IMG/VR virus record: IMGVR_UViG_3300006169_000021
Span: 1 to 50,075 of that record
DNA length: 50,075 nt
Source of the DNA: a virus
Lineage: Duplodnaviria > Caudoviricetes
Strand: one strand, 5' to 3'
Below are positions 27,857 to 36,811 of the stretch, one piece after another. The first letter of the stretch is position 1; every line of letters begins with the position of its first letter. Under the pieces are notes generated by a model. The model saw nothing but the letters and a program-made list of their open reading frames with translations. It was not told the DNA's origin and did no database searches. A program made the translations under genes and the position numbers.

Positions 27857-28978
27857 CTACGCGAGAGCCATCGGCATGATGACTTCGAAGGTGCCAGGGT
27901 CCCCCTCGCCCTTGATCACGACTGGCCGACTGGCCACTGTAAAGTCGATCTGCACGGTGTCAGCAGAAATGCGGCCAAGCGCATCGAGCAGATACCTCCC
28001 ATTGACCGCCACCTCAATGCCGTCGCCTGTCAGCGCGACCTCCATCGATTCCTCGATCTCTCCCAGTTCGTCCGAGCGAGCCGAGACCAACAAGGCATTC
28101 CCGTCCATCTTGAGTCTCACTCTGTTGGCGTTCTTGCGAGCAAAGAGCATCGTCCGGCGTACCACGTCGATCAACCCGAGCCTTGAAGATTGAAAGTGCG
28201 TGCCGACATCTTCGGGCACGACCTTCTGCCAATTCGGATAAGTGCCGGACAAGAGATTGGTGAAGATCTGTAGAGTGCCGTGCCTGATCAGCACCCGTTC
28301 CCCAACCGCATAAAAGTCCACCACCGCAGCATCGTCCGCCTCTACTTGAAGCAGTCTCACCGCCAAACGGGGCAGGGTCAGCCTGTGGTCTCGAATCGAA
28401 TACGCTGCGGCCGCTTCGGTAACCGCTAAGCGGTGCGTGTCGGTGGCCACGACATGGAGCCGACCATTGTCGACGGAAAGGCTTGCCCCCGTCAACACGA
28501 CCCGGTATGGATCCTTCGAGATCGCATGGTTCACCGATTTCAGAGCCAAGCGCAGGTCCTTTGCAGGGATGGACAGGATTCTTGATCCACCCGAACTTGT
28601 CGGCGCCTCAGGAAAGTCGTCGGCACTAGCTGTCGGCACAAGGCGAACCTTGACCGTTCCCACCGTCACACCCTCTGGGGTAATGGTCACCACGTCTGCG
28701 GCAATCCCACTGACGAGATCGAGCAGAATCCGGTGGTTGAAGCAGACCTGCCCCTCCTTGGGTGTTTTCAAAGTGGGCACGGTGATCTCCGCCCATGCCT
28801 CGCCGTTGCACGCCTCAAGACGCAACTGACCGAATTGGACGCTCAATCGTACGGTGTAATTGATCGCGAACAGGCCATCTGCTTTGCCCCGCTTGCGCCT
28901 GATCCTACATAACGAAATGAAGGGAGCCAACCGCTTGAGAGCGCGTAGGAACTCCTTCCTATCAACAGTGACGTTCAT
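27857..28978 (-). CDS. dnaN: DNA polymerase III beta sliding clamp homolog
   Basis: 373 aa with ADDFP, VVATDTHRLA, GTYPNWQKVVP, VNGRYLLDAL and VIMPM. Confidence 0.93.
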   Translation of the reverse strand: MNVTVDRKEFLRALKRLAPFISLCRIRRKRGKADGLFAINYTVRLSVQFGQLRLEACNGEAWAEITVPTLKTPKEGQVCFNHRILLDLVSGIAADVVTITPEGVTVGTVKVRLVPTASADDFPEAPTSSGGSRILSIPAKDLRLALKSVNHAISKDPYRVVLTGASLSVDNGRLHVVATDTHRLAVTEAAAAYSIRDHRLTLPRLAVRLLQVEADDAAVVDFYAVGERVLIRHGTLQIFTNLLSGTYPNWQKVVPEDVGTHFQSSRLGLIDVVRRTMLFARKNANRVRLKMDGNALLVSARSDELGEIEESMEVALTGDGIEVAVNGRYLLDALGRISADTVQIDFTVASRPVVIKGEGDPGTFEVIMPMALA

Positions 28979-29116
28979 GTCCTTCCCCTGCCGAGATCGA
29001 AACCCGGCTTTGTCGAGGGCAGTACAATCGCCAATGGCGCGGCACTGCCGATGCCAACGAGAAGAGGTCCCCGGATCCCGGCCAGGAAACGAAGGGGGCC
29101 TCCCAAAACTTAACTG

Positions 29117-29377
29117 CTAGGCAGCACGCCTCCCCATGCAGTCGCGCCACACGGAATCACAGTCCAAACCCTGGTAACCGAGCAATCGAGCTCTCGCCTT
29201 GGCCGCTCTCAAACTCGCTTCCGCAGCCTGGTAGATCAGGGTCGAGGGCAGATTCGTCAATGGCCGCGGCGCGGGAAAGCGGAAGCTCTCCGTCGAGCGG
29301 TTCGAATACATCACGTGCAGGATCGTCGAGCTATCCGGCCCTTCTTGGAACCGAAACCTGATGGGTCGAGGCTTCAC
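29117..29377 (-). CDS. Hypothetical protein
   Basis: GTGA coupling to the upstream gene. In the early operon. Confidence 0.55.
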   Translation of the reverse strand: MKPRPIRFRFQEGPDSSTILHVMYSNRSTESFRFPAPRPLTNLPSTLIYQAAEASLRAAKARARLLGYQGLDCDSVWRDCMGRRAA

Positions 29378-29982
29378 GCTGCCCCCTTACTTCTTCGCAG
29401 GGAGCGCCTAATCTCGTAGGCCTTCGTTTGGCTGATGCCGAGCTCCCGCATAACGTCCTCAGGGGAGCCACCTTGCTCATAGATTCGAACCGCTTCCTCG
29501 AATAGCGGGTCACGTCGCCCCTTGTTAGAATGGGCCTGATGCGCAGGTCCAAAGCGAGCTTCACTGTTCACGTCGTGGAGAGATTCGGCGACCGTAGGTG
29601 GGGCCACGTCCACACCTACTTCGTCTCTGAGCCACCCAAGATCGGAGAGCACCTCGCGCTCATCGAAGTCGGTCAGGATGATGCGCCGAGACGAGCCGTC
29701 GCCGATGTTCGACTCGCAGACTTCGACCCGAACACCTTCTGGGTTGTCCTCGTAGGTGATTAGGACCGCGGCCGGCTTCGTGCACTCCTTGTCGGAATAA
29801 AGGATCTGAGCCCGGCACGTCCGATTCTTCGGCTTCCCGTAGTAGTAGATCAACCAGACCGAAAGCGCAACGCCGATGAGGCTGATGGAAGTGAAGAGCA
29901 AATCCACTTCGACCAAGTTCGCTGTCATCAGCGACCAATTCACCAGCGCCATGAAGATCCAAAAGGCGACGGCTTTGTTCAT
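29374..29982 (-). CDS. Membrane protein with a C-terminal FtsK-gamma-like winged HTH
   Basis: Two N-terminal TM helices and C-terminal RDPLFEEAVRI...MRELGISQTKAYEI. Confidence 0.65.
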   Translation of the reverse strand: MNKAVAFWIFMALVNWSLMTANLVEVDLLFTSISLIGVALSVWLIYYYGKPKNRTCRAQILYSDKECTKPAAVLITYEDNPEGVRVEVCESNIGDGSSRRIILTDFDEREVLSDLGWLRDEVGVDVAPPTVAESLHDVNSEARFGPAHQAHSNKGRRDPLFEEAVRIYEQGGSPEDVMRELGISQTKAYEIRRSLRRSKGAA

Positions 29983-30191
29983 GAGCTCTCACCTTTTGCT
30001 GAACGTGGGCCATGATCTCCAACCGGATACCTGCGGTAATACCGCGCTCGACTCACACCGGCTAACCGGCAAAGCTTCTCGACGGAAACCGAGAGATTTG
30101 TCTGTACGGCGTGGTGCAGCGCCTCCCACTCAGCGTCGGTCAGAACACGACCTGGCTGAGCAAGTGAGCCACCGCTCTTGATGCCTCGCAT
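29979..30191 (-). CDS. Cro-like HTH regulator (leaderless)
   Basis: SVEKLCRLAGVSRARYYR HTH. Divergent from the repressor, with ATG 7 nt after the -10. Confidence 0.75.
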   Translation of the reverse strand: MRGIKSGGSLAQPGRVLTDAEWEALHHAVQTNLSVSVEKLCRLAGVSRARYYRRYPVGDHGPRSAKGESS

Positions 30192-30192
30192 G

Positions 30193-30239
30193 TGAGACAT
30201 TATGGGTACATAGTCTCATGCTGTCAATCCCCCGTCTCA
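30193..30239 (-). promoter_or_regulatory. PR-like promoter with an overlapping operator
   Basis: Minus strand TTGACA-17-CATAAT. Inverted repeat TGAGAC-N14-GTCTCA at 30193-30218 plus an extra GTCTCA at 30234-30239. Confidence 0.85.
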
Positions 30240-30275
30240 TCTTTTTTGTATTTTGCTGACGGCACACTGCTCTTC

Positions 30276-31064
30276 GTGCCGGAAGAACGAGTGACAATCG
30301 GAAGAAAAATTCATAAGTTGATGACCGTTCTCAATTGGAGCCATGCGAAAATGGCTGACGCTCTTGGCGTTCAGACCGGCTCCGTCTCTGCGTACAAGCA
30401 AAGACCAAACGCCAACCCTTCACCCGAGAAGATCGAGCGAGTCATCGCCAAACTCAAGAGTGAACTCGGCATCGATGATCAGGCCTTGAAGCTCTGGTTT
30501 CTGGACGGCAAACCCACCGAACCTCCACTGAAAAAAGTGGGCGATCGCGCAAAAGAGAAGACAAATGTCTACTATAATGGTGGAGACGAGAACAGCGGAC
30601 CAGGTGCTGACGTCGTCGGAGCCATCGAAGATATAGCGGATCCGCGCATCGTCCGTTTGAAGGTCCTCGAGGGTGACGGCTCCCGCATCTGGTCGGCGAA
30701 GGATGCGCAGAGGAGCGAATTGAGAACTTACAGTTACGTGGTCGCCGGTGGCCGCATCTTGATCCGAGTCGTCGATGACTCACTAGGTGCTAGTTTCAAC
30801 CAGAAGTGGTTAGCGTTCGAACCCGATTCCTACCCCCACGTAGGGCCATTTTTACTCTGCCAGAGCCGATCTGATGAGCACCTCAGAACCATTCGGTTCA
30901 TTTCAGCCGCCAATCCGGGAGTGCTAAGCAGCGTCGATCCCAAAGAACCCCCTGTGAAGCTAGAGGATTGGAAAGTGCTCGGCTTCGCCACTGTAGAACT
31001 TATCCCGCATCCAGCAGGACTTCCTGACGTCAACATTCGACCGGCCGGCATCGGACCGCGCTAG
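30276..31064 (+). CDS. CI-like repressor (N-terminal XRE HTH, divergent C-terminal domain)
   Basis: WSHAKMADALGVQTGSVSAY..NPSPEKIERV HTH. GTG lies 7 nt after CACACT, so probably leaderless like lambda cI. Divergent from cro. Confidence 0.85.
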   Translation: MPEERVTIGRKIHKLMTVLNWSHAKMADALGVQTGSVSAYKQRPNANPSPEKIERVIAKLKSELGIDDQALKLWFLDGKPTEPPLKKVGDRAKEKTNVYYNGGDENSGPGADVVGAIEDIADPRIVRLKVLEGDGSRIWSAKDAQRSELRTYSYVVAGGRILIRVVDDSLGASFNQKWLAFEPDSYPHVGPFLLCQSRSDEHLRTIRFISAANPGVLSSVDPKEPPVKLEDWKVLGFATVELIPHPAGLPDVNIRPAGIGPR

Positions 31065-31426
31065 TAGCAGACCGAGCAAGCCGAATACCCCCTCATCGCC
31101 TGTGAAAGAGGCAGCGGGTTCGAACTCCTGCGAAGGTAGCGGCAACCGGCTCGGTGGTACTTGTCCCCGGTGTTTGTCACATACACCACTTCGTCGACCG
31201 GCTCGGCTTGGATTTCCATCTGCGTCGGTGGCGTGACAGTCTGTGAGGGTGTTGCCGACACGGGCAACGTTCGTTCAAGCTCCTCCGCCTGAACCGGCAT
31301 AGAAGGAGTGATGTCCGTGCCGAACCGTTCCTCTGCATCGGGCACCGATGGCCTCGGTGCACAGAGAACCCCGCCACAAGCGCACATCAGGAGCAAGAGC
31401 CCCAGACCGAGCTGGTTTGCCTTCAC
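31061..31426 (-). CDS. Moron: exported protein with a C-terminal Ada-like Zn-binding domain
   Basis: Signal/lipobox-like N-terminus, Pro/Thr linker, and VYVTNTGDKYHRAGC...GYSACSVC. TAGGCT 6 nt upstream. Confidence 0.8.
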   Translation of the reverse strand: MKANQLGLGLLLLMCACGGVLCAPRPSVPDAEERFGTDITPSMPVQAEELERTLPVSATPSQTVTPPTQMEIQAEPVDEVVYVTNTGDKYHRAGCRYLRRSSNPLPLSQAMRGYSACSVCY

Positions 31427-31507
31427 ATGTAAAGCCTAGGGCAGCCCCTCTTTCAAGCGAAAGACCTACCGCTTGAGAAAATATCTCACTTTCTGCGTGA
31501 AAGGGTA

Positions 31508-31553
31508 TTGACATTGTGCGACAACGATATTACACTGTCTCTCGTCAGTCTCA
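31508..31553 (+). promoter_or_regulatory. PL-like promoter with an operator
   Basis: TTGACA(31508)-17-TACACT(31531). TGCGAC-N14-GTCTCT at 31517-31542 and GTCTCA at 31548-31553. Confidence 0.85.
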
Positions 31554-31583
31554 ATAAGTGAAATGAGAGTGGCAAGGACAGAA

Positions 31584-31709
31584 ATGGCTCAGATTCAGCA
31601 CAAACCGAGTCGGTTCATCTCCTTCAGTGAAGAGCTGAAGGCATATCTGCGCGTCGTTTTCGCCGCGCTCTTTCCCAGCGGACCGTGCTGGCGAGGGAGG
31701 ATCGCGTGA
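31584..31709 (+). CDS. Small first gene of the PL operon (41 aa)
   Basis: SD AAGGA then ATG (MAQIQHKPSRFISF...). Stop overlaps the KTSC start (GTGA). Not in the supplied ORF track. Confidence 0.5.
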   Translation: MAQIQHKPSRFISFSEELKAYLRVVFAALFPSGPCWRGRIA

Positions 31710-32137
31710 GACGGTATCCCGTTCATTCGTCCAACCTCGTCACGGTCGGCTACAACTCAGCCACCCGAAAGGCAGAGATCGAATTCACCTCCGGCAAGAC
31801 CTACGAGTACGAAGGCGTCGAACCGGAGCAGATCGCTCTCCTTCTCTTTGCACCGAGCGTCGGCAGGCAGTTTCACGCCGGTCTCAGGAAGTCGAGGAAC
31901 TACCGCGAGGTCAACCAGATTGCCACGAGGAAGGCTGGCGACTTCATCTTCGCCTCTCCTGCCAAGCAGTCGATCATTGCCGGCTGGACCAGGCTCAGCG
32001 GCGAGGTCACCCGGCAGGGTTACGCAGCCGACATTGCTAAAGAAGCAGTCGAGAACAAGATCGACGTCACCGCCCACGATGTAGCGAGAGCGCTCGACGA
32101 GATCGTCTTCCTGGCCGAACCTGCGGAGGTGGCCTAA
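31706..32137 (+). CDS. KTSC domain protein with a C-terminal extension
   Basis: PVHSSNLVTVGYN...IEFTSGKTYEYEGV...APSVGRQFH. Confidence 0.88.
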   Translation: MRRYPVHSSNLVTVGYNSATRKAEIEFTSGKTYEYEGVEPEQIALLLFAPSVGRQFHAGLRKSRNYREVNQIATRKAGDFIFASPAKQSIIAGWTRLSGEVTRQGYAADIAKEAVENKIDVTAHDVARALDEIVFLAEPAEVA

Positions 32138-32138
32138 G

Positions 32139-32648
32139 ATGCCTACGCTTCAGGACTTGGCAATTGCTGCCGCTAAAGAGTGGAAGGAGAAGAAGTTACA
32201 GGACCAAGAGGCAGAGTCGGCCGAGTCGTTTGAGAAGGCGAAGGGTCCGTTGCTTGACAAGCTACGAATGCTCCTTGGCGAACGGTTCGACGCCTCATCC
32301 GTGACCTTCGAGCGTGTTGATGACATCTACTCGCGGTATCGGATCGAACAAACGAACGCCATCGCTTGGCTCGACGGCATTGCTTTCTGTTACGGCAAAA
32401 ACTACGAGCAGGGATGGGGCTTCTTTGCCGGACTCGAGGCCTGTGATCGCAACCACCTAACATGGCGGGCTGTGTGGTCGCTGGTCGACCTGGGTGACGC
32501 ACTCGTGACCTCTCGCTGTGACGTTTGCGATAGGGAGCAACGAGCATCCGAGGCCAAGTACTCCGCGCCAACCCTGAGCTCGACGGATCGCCTGGCCGAG
32601 GTCATTCGCGAGATCGCGATGGAAGCAGCGCTGGAGGTCGCATCTTAG
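32139..32648 (+). CDS. Hypothetical protein
   Basis: SD GGAGG, tight operon packing. Confidence 0.7.
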   Translation: MPTLQDLAIAAAKEWKEKKLQDQEAESAESFEKAKGPLLDKLRMLLGERFDASSVTFERVDDIYSRYRIEQTNAIAWLDGIAFCYGKNYEQGWGFFAGLEACDRNHLTWRAVWSLVDLGDALVTSRCDVCDREQRASEAKYSAPTLSSTDRLAEVIREIAMEAALEVAS

Positions 32649-32649
32649 C

Positions 32650-32931
32650 ATGCCAAAGAGCATCTACACCTGGGCCGCAATCTCTCAGAACGGACGCGGC
32701 TTCACGGCCTGCCACTCGACCATCCTCGCCTCCGGCATCGGCAAGATGGAGCTCAGCCATGGCTCTGCCGAATTCGCGACTCTCGAAGAGGCTGAGAGCT
32801 ACCTTGTCGACCACGCGGTGGCCGGCGATCCTCAGCCTGTTCGTGAAGAGGGTGGCATTCGACTCGTCAACCCAGGCCGCGGCACCCGCGCCCAGTCCAA
32901 GTCCGGATTCCGGAAGGCGATGGCGCGATGA
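32650..32931 (+). CDS. Hypothetical protein
   Basis: SD GGAGG, tight operon packing. Confidence 0.6.
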   Translation: MPKSIYTWAAISQNGRGFTACHSTILASGIGKMELSHGSAEFATLEEAESYLVDHAVAGDPQPVREEGGIRLVNPGRGTRAQSKSGFRKAMAR

Positions 32932-33305
32932 TGACCGCCGCCGAAAAGAAACAGGCGATCCGCACCTCTGACATCTCATACACGCGGGTTGCCAATCCCA
33001 ACTCGCCCCACGGCTACTTCTATGAGTGCTGGTTCCGCACGAGACGTGCAGCCGACTTCGCTCTCAGTCTCGGACATGGGTCCTGGCAACTCAGGCCGCC
33101 CCAGTTCGATCGCATGATCGCCGAAGCCAGAGAGCTCGGTTTCAAGGTGGTGGATCTCGATGCCCCAAAAGCGCCGACTCCCACCACCCCCACGGGTCGG
33201 ACGCTCAACGTTCCGATCGACACGAAGCGACACCCGCACCACCACCCGATTCTGCAGGAGTCGGAGAACGGCTACTACCCGGACCCTCCGTTCAGCGAGG
33301 ACTAG
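32928..33305 (+). CDS. Hypothetical protein
   Basis: ATGA overlap with the previous gene. Confidence 0.6.
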   Translation: MMTAAEKKQAIRTSDISYTRVANPNSPHGYFYECWFRTRRAADFALSLGHGSWQLRPPQFDRMIAEARELGFKVVDLDAPKAPTPTTPTGRTLNVPIDTKRHPHHHPILQESENGYYPDPPFSED

Positions 33306-33325
33306 AACCCGAAGGAAACCAGTCA

Positions 33326-33862
33326 ATGGCAGGCAAACCATTAGAAATCACCAAGCTCACCCCCAAGGGTGAAAAGCAATCGCTCTACGTTGTCAATGGG
33401 ACCGTAGAAGGCCAGAAGGTCGAACTCAAGGTATGGAAATCAGCCGCCTTCTTCGACCAGCTCAAAGAGGGTGAGACGTTCACAGTCACCATCCGAGAGG
33501 AAGAGCGAGAGTTCAACGGCCAAACCTACAAAGACCGCTTCATCTCGACCTGCAACGGCATCCAGGAGAAGGAAGAGCGCAAGAAGGGTGGCGGAGGATT
33601 TACGCCGCGTCCGGCACGCTCACCCAAGGCCGAAGCAGCCGACGTCGCCGTAAAGGTGGCCGAGCTCGTCACTCAGTACGCCATGGCCGAGCGGCGAATG
33701 GCGTTCGAAGCCGCTCTCCACAACGCCAAAGTGACCAGCACTCCATTGATGTGGGACGCCAACGGTGCCAGCCTCCTCAACCTCGAGAACGGCATCAAGA
33801 AGGGCATCGCCGCGGTGATGGCTGGCGCCACCGACCTGGCTCCATTCCTGGAGGGCAAGTAA
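33326..33862 (+). CDS. OB-fold-like protein (possible ssDNA-binding/recombination protein)
   Basis: Beta-rich N-terminus (ELKVWK...LKEGETFTVTIREEEREFNGQTY), Gly-rich linker, helical tail. SD AAGGA. Confidence 0.55.
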   Translation: MAGKPLEITKLTPKGEKQSLYVVNGTVEGQKVELKVWKSAAFFDQLKEGETFTVTIREEEREFNGQTYKDRFISTCNGIQEKEERKKGGGGFTPRPARSPKAEAADVAVKVAELVTQYAMAERRMAFEAALHNAKVTSTPLMWDANGASLLNLENGIKKGIAAVMAGATDLAPFLEGK

Positions 33863-34084
33863 TTGCCGATCATGGATTCCGCCATCGTTGTCGAGCGATC
33901 GGCGGACGGCCTCTACCTCGCGGTTGCGGAGGCCGGCACGGTCTCCATCCCAAGCGCTTTCCACGACACTCCGGGAGCGGCCATCACCGCCGCCAAGTCG
34001 TTCCTGGAGTTGACCGGTATCGACACCAGATTCACCCCCGTCATGCGGCTCTATGCATCCGGATCCGAGGTGGTCGAACGATGA
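33863..34084 (+). CDS. Hypothetical protein
   Basis: Abuts the previous stop; ATGA coupling to the next gene. Confidence 0.5.
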   Translation: MPIMDSAIVVERSADGLYLAVAEAGTVSIPSAFHDTPGAAITAAKSFLELTGIDTRFTPVMRLYASGSEVVER

Positions 34085-34590
34085 ACGCCAAGACATTCCA
34101 CATGAACGACCACGCACTTCGAAGTCTCTGTGAAAGTGTTGCCGATTGCAAGCTCTCCGGCCAGCCGATCGACGAGCTGCTACGGCTGGAGATCGACACA
34201 CTGTCGGATGACCAAGTCGAGAAGCTCCACCAGTTCACCGAAGGCGCCATGTACGCCGGCCGGAATCTCGACCGATGGCGACATGAACCGGCCGAGATCA
34301 TGCCGAGCTTCTATCACGAGGCTTTCCACTTCACAGATGCGGGGCGGGCCAGAACGCCGGATGCGGCGAAGAGAGCATACGAGCAGGAAGTGAGACGCCG
34401 ATGGCGGTCTCTCGTTCTGGCGGTCAAGGCAAAGCTCGTTGCCGTGCAGGATGAGATAGCGACGTTCGAGCAGGAGTTCCTAGCCTACGCTGTGGCCGCA
34501 GATGGCAAGACGGTTGGTGAGCACATCATCCCGCAACTCAAGGCTGGTGGCAGCGTGAAGGCTCTGCCTGGCTTTGGAGATCCCCGATGA
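34081..34590 (+). CDS. Phage hypothetical protein
   Basis: C-terminal RRRWRSLVLAVKAKLVAV...FEQEFLAY..DGKTV motif, recognised from phage early regions. Confidence 0.7.
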   Translation: MNAKTFHMNDHALRSLCESVADCKLSGQPIDELLRLEIDTLSDDQVEKLHQFTEGAMYAGRNLDRWRHEPAEIMPSFYHEAFHFTDAGRARTPDAAKRAYEQEVRRRWRSLVLAVKAKLVAVQDEIATFEQEFLAYAVAADGKTVGEHIIPQLKAGGSVKALPGFGDPR

Positions 34591-35015
34591 GCACCCGCGC
34601 CATCCGCTTCACGAAGCCGCTGCAGCTCGAGATCCGCGAAGGCAGAAAGACAGTCACCCGTCGCACTAATCTCAAGTGGCTCAAGGTCAGGAAGGGTGAT
34701 CGCCTCCGCATCCTCCAAAGCGGTGGCCTGATCGTCGTCGCCACCGAAGACGCGAGACTCGAGCACGTCCAAGACATCACCGAATCCGACGCCATTAGAG
34801 AGGCTGTCGAGAATGCCGTGTTGGCATCGCCGCTTCTGAAAGCCGAAGCCGAGCGCTTCGAGCAGCATGTCTTCAAGAGTGACCGGCCATACGTCACTCC
34901 TCGCGCCTACTTCGCTGCCTATTGGGACGCAATCAACGGTGACAAGCCAGGCTTAGCATTCGAGCACAACCCCAAGGTGGTCGTGATCAACTTCGGACTG
35001 CCGGAGGCTGAATAA
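34587..35015 (+). CDS. ASCH domain protein
   Basis: IREGRKTVTRR, RLEHVQDITESDAIRE and NPKVVVINF. Confidence 0.88.
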   Translation: MSTRAIRFTKPLQLEIREGRKTVTRRTNLKWLKVRKGDRLRILQSGGLIVVATEDARLEHVQDITESDAIREAVENAVLASPLLKAEAERFEQHVFKSDRPYVTPRAYFAAYWDAINGDKPGLAFEHNPKVVVINFGLPEAE

Positions 35016-35530
35016 TGGGGAATCTCCATTCCTGCGACTGGGACGACTTCACCTACGCCTACCGTGAGCGAATCGCGATCTCAGACGGCACCATACGGTG
35101 CTGCGAAAGCGGCATCCTGATTCCACGAGATTTCCCGTTCGCAGACTGCCGGACAGGTCATTGGGACTGCTACACAGAAGAGCCTCCTTGCGAAGAACCG
35201 GACGAGCTCCCGACCGAGGAGCTGCTACCGCTCCTCAAACTCAGGCCCCAAGCGCTCGAAGTTTGGCGGCTCCTCCGCAATGACAGCGCAAAGAGGATGA
35301 CCTGCCCCTCTTGGGGCTTTGCGGTTCAAGACTACTGTGATACGTGGTCCGACACCGGCGAACAATCGGACCGCTTAGCGTACGTGAAGCTGCTGAGCAC
35401 AATCAAGACGACTTCTCAGAGATACGAAAAGAAGCTTCGCCCAAGACTCCACCCCCACGAGCGTCGATCGCTGGAGAGCGGTGAGTTCACACGAGCACTC
35501 CCTTACTCACTGAAGGATGCCAGGAAATGA
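35015..35530 (+). CDS. Cys-rich hypothetical protein
   Basis: TAATG coupling, SD GGAGG. Confidence 0.6.
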   Translation: MGNLHSCDWDDFTYAYRERIAISDGTIRCCESGILIPRDFPFADCRTGHWDCYTEEPPCEEPDELPTEELLPLLKLRPQALEVWRLLRNDSAKRMTCPSWGFAVQDYCDTWSDTGEQSDRLAYVKLLSTIKTTSQRYEKKLRPRLHPHERRSLESGEFTRALPYSLKDARK

Positions 35531-35766
35531 GCGACTTCGCCACCCAGATCCAGCGTCTCTGGCCAGGCGAGAAGACCTCATTCATTCTCTGGTGCCACGA
35601 GCAAGGCCAGATTCCCAACCTGTTCGTTCTCGGTCTCTGGCAAGAGATCCGTGCCATCGAGAAGGTTAAGGACCGGACCTGCAAGACGTGCAACCGTGAA
35701 TTCACCACCGTCCAAGGCCTCGGCCTCCACATCCACCACGGCTGCAAAGGAGCCGACCAACCATGA
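35527..35766 (+). CDS. Small C2H2 zinc-finger protein
   Basis: CKTCNREFTTVQGLGLHIHHGC. Confidence 0.7.
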   Translation: MSDFATQIQRLWPGEKTSFILWCHEQGQIPNLFVLGLWQEIRAIEKVKDRTCKTCNREFTTVQGLGLHIHHGCKGADQP

Positions 35767-36287
35767 GGGATCTCTTCGGAACGGTCATTGCGTCTGCCGA
35801 AATCAGCCCATGCGGTCGCTACCGCTACAACCTCATCCGCCAATGGGAGGCAGGTTTGGCGCGGGTCCTGTTCGTCATGCTCAATCCGAGCACGGCTGAC
35901 GCGCTACAGGACGATCCGACTATTCGGAAGTGCATCGGCTTCGCAAAGAGGTGGGGTTACGGGTCGATCGAGGTCGTCAATCTCTTTGCGTGGAGAGCAA
36001 CCGACCCAAGCGAACTACCACGACTGGAATACGCAAGCCCTGTCGGACATGAGAACGAGACCTGGCACCGGGTAGCTCAAGCCAGATGTCACCGAGTTGT
36101 TGCAGCCTGGGGTGCCAATGAGTTTGCGGCGACTCAAGACATTAAAGCCATCAAGCTCTTTGGAGACATGGACTGCCTGGCGTTCACCGCCAAGCGGCAT
36201 CCTCAGCATCCTCTCTACGTTCCATATGGGACGCAGCCTATTCCGTTCAGCAGAGACGGATTTCTCGCTCCTGGGGTGGCTGACTGA
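35763..36287 (+). CDS. DUF1643 family protein
   Basis: ISPCGRYRY.L, FVMLNPSTAD..DDPTIRKC, VNLFAWRATDP, VAAWG and P.HPLY. Confidence 0.93.
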   Translation: MRDLFGTVIASAEISPCGRYRYNLIRQWEAGLARVLFVMLNPSTADALQDDPTIRKCIGFAKRWGYGSIEVVNLFAWRATDPSELPRLEYASPVGHENETWHRVAQARCHRVVAAWGANEFAATQDIKAIKLFGDMDCLAFTAKRHPQHPLYVPYGTQPIPFSRDGFLAPGVAD

Positions 36288-36811
36288 TGCAGGTCTCCCT
36301 CTTCGACGCACCGGCCCGGCTGCCCACGCCGCCGATTCAGCAATCAGGCTTCCCCAAGCGCGGCCAGATCACCCGCGAAAGAGCGGAGGCGTGCCGGCAC
36401 CTGGCGCGGATCGTCATGGGTGGCTTGCCATCCACCCTGCTCCGGGATAACTACCTGAGAGAGGCGGAGGAGATCGAGGCGCAGCTCGCCGGTGGGTCAA
36501 TTCCGACTCCGATCGACGCGGCTGATCCATTCGAGCTAGGACCGGCTCCTCAACAGGTGGAGCACTCCGTGGCCACTCCCGCAAAGGTGACCCGCCTCAC
36601 CGTTCAGGACGTGAAGCCAAAGCAGCGACTGCGGTTCATCGAAGACGACGCCTACCCTCACCTCGGCTTCGAGCGACACACCGCGAAGGCTGGTGATGTC
36701 GTGGTGGTCGAGAGCGTGGGCGCTCTCGGCGTTCTCGTGAAGCGATCCCCGAGCCCACACGAGTCGCACCTCTTCTGGGCAAGCCTCAGCAAACTGGAGG
36801 TGGTGGATTGA
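36287..36811 (+). CDS. Hypothetical protein with a C-terminal SH3-like region
   Basis: TGATG coupling on the left, TTGA overlap on the right. Confidence 0.6.
   Translation: MQVSLFDAPARLPTPPIQQSGFPKRGQITRERAEACRHLARIVMGGLPSTLLRDNYLREAEEIEAQLAGGSIPTPIDAADPFELGPAPQQVEHSVATPAKVTRLTVQDVKPKQRLRFIEDDAYPHLGFERHTAKAGDVVVVESVGALGVLVKRSPSPHESHLFWASLSKLEVVD

Noticed and set aside
30192-30275. N-terminal 28 codons of the repressor ORF
   Set aside because: They overlap the PR promoter and operator. The GTG at 30276 behind a -10 box is the better start.
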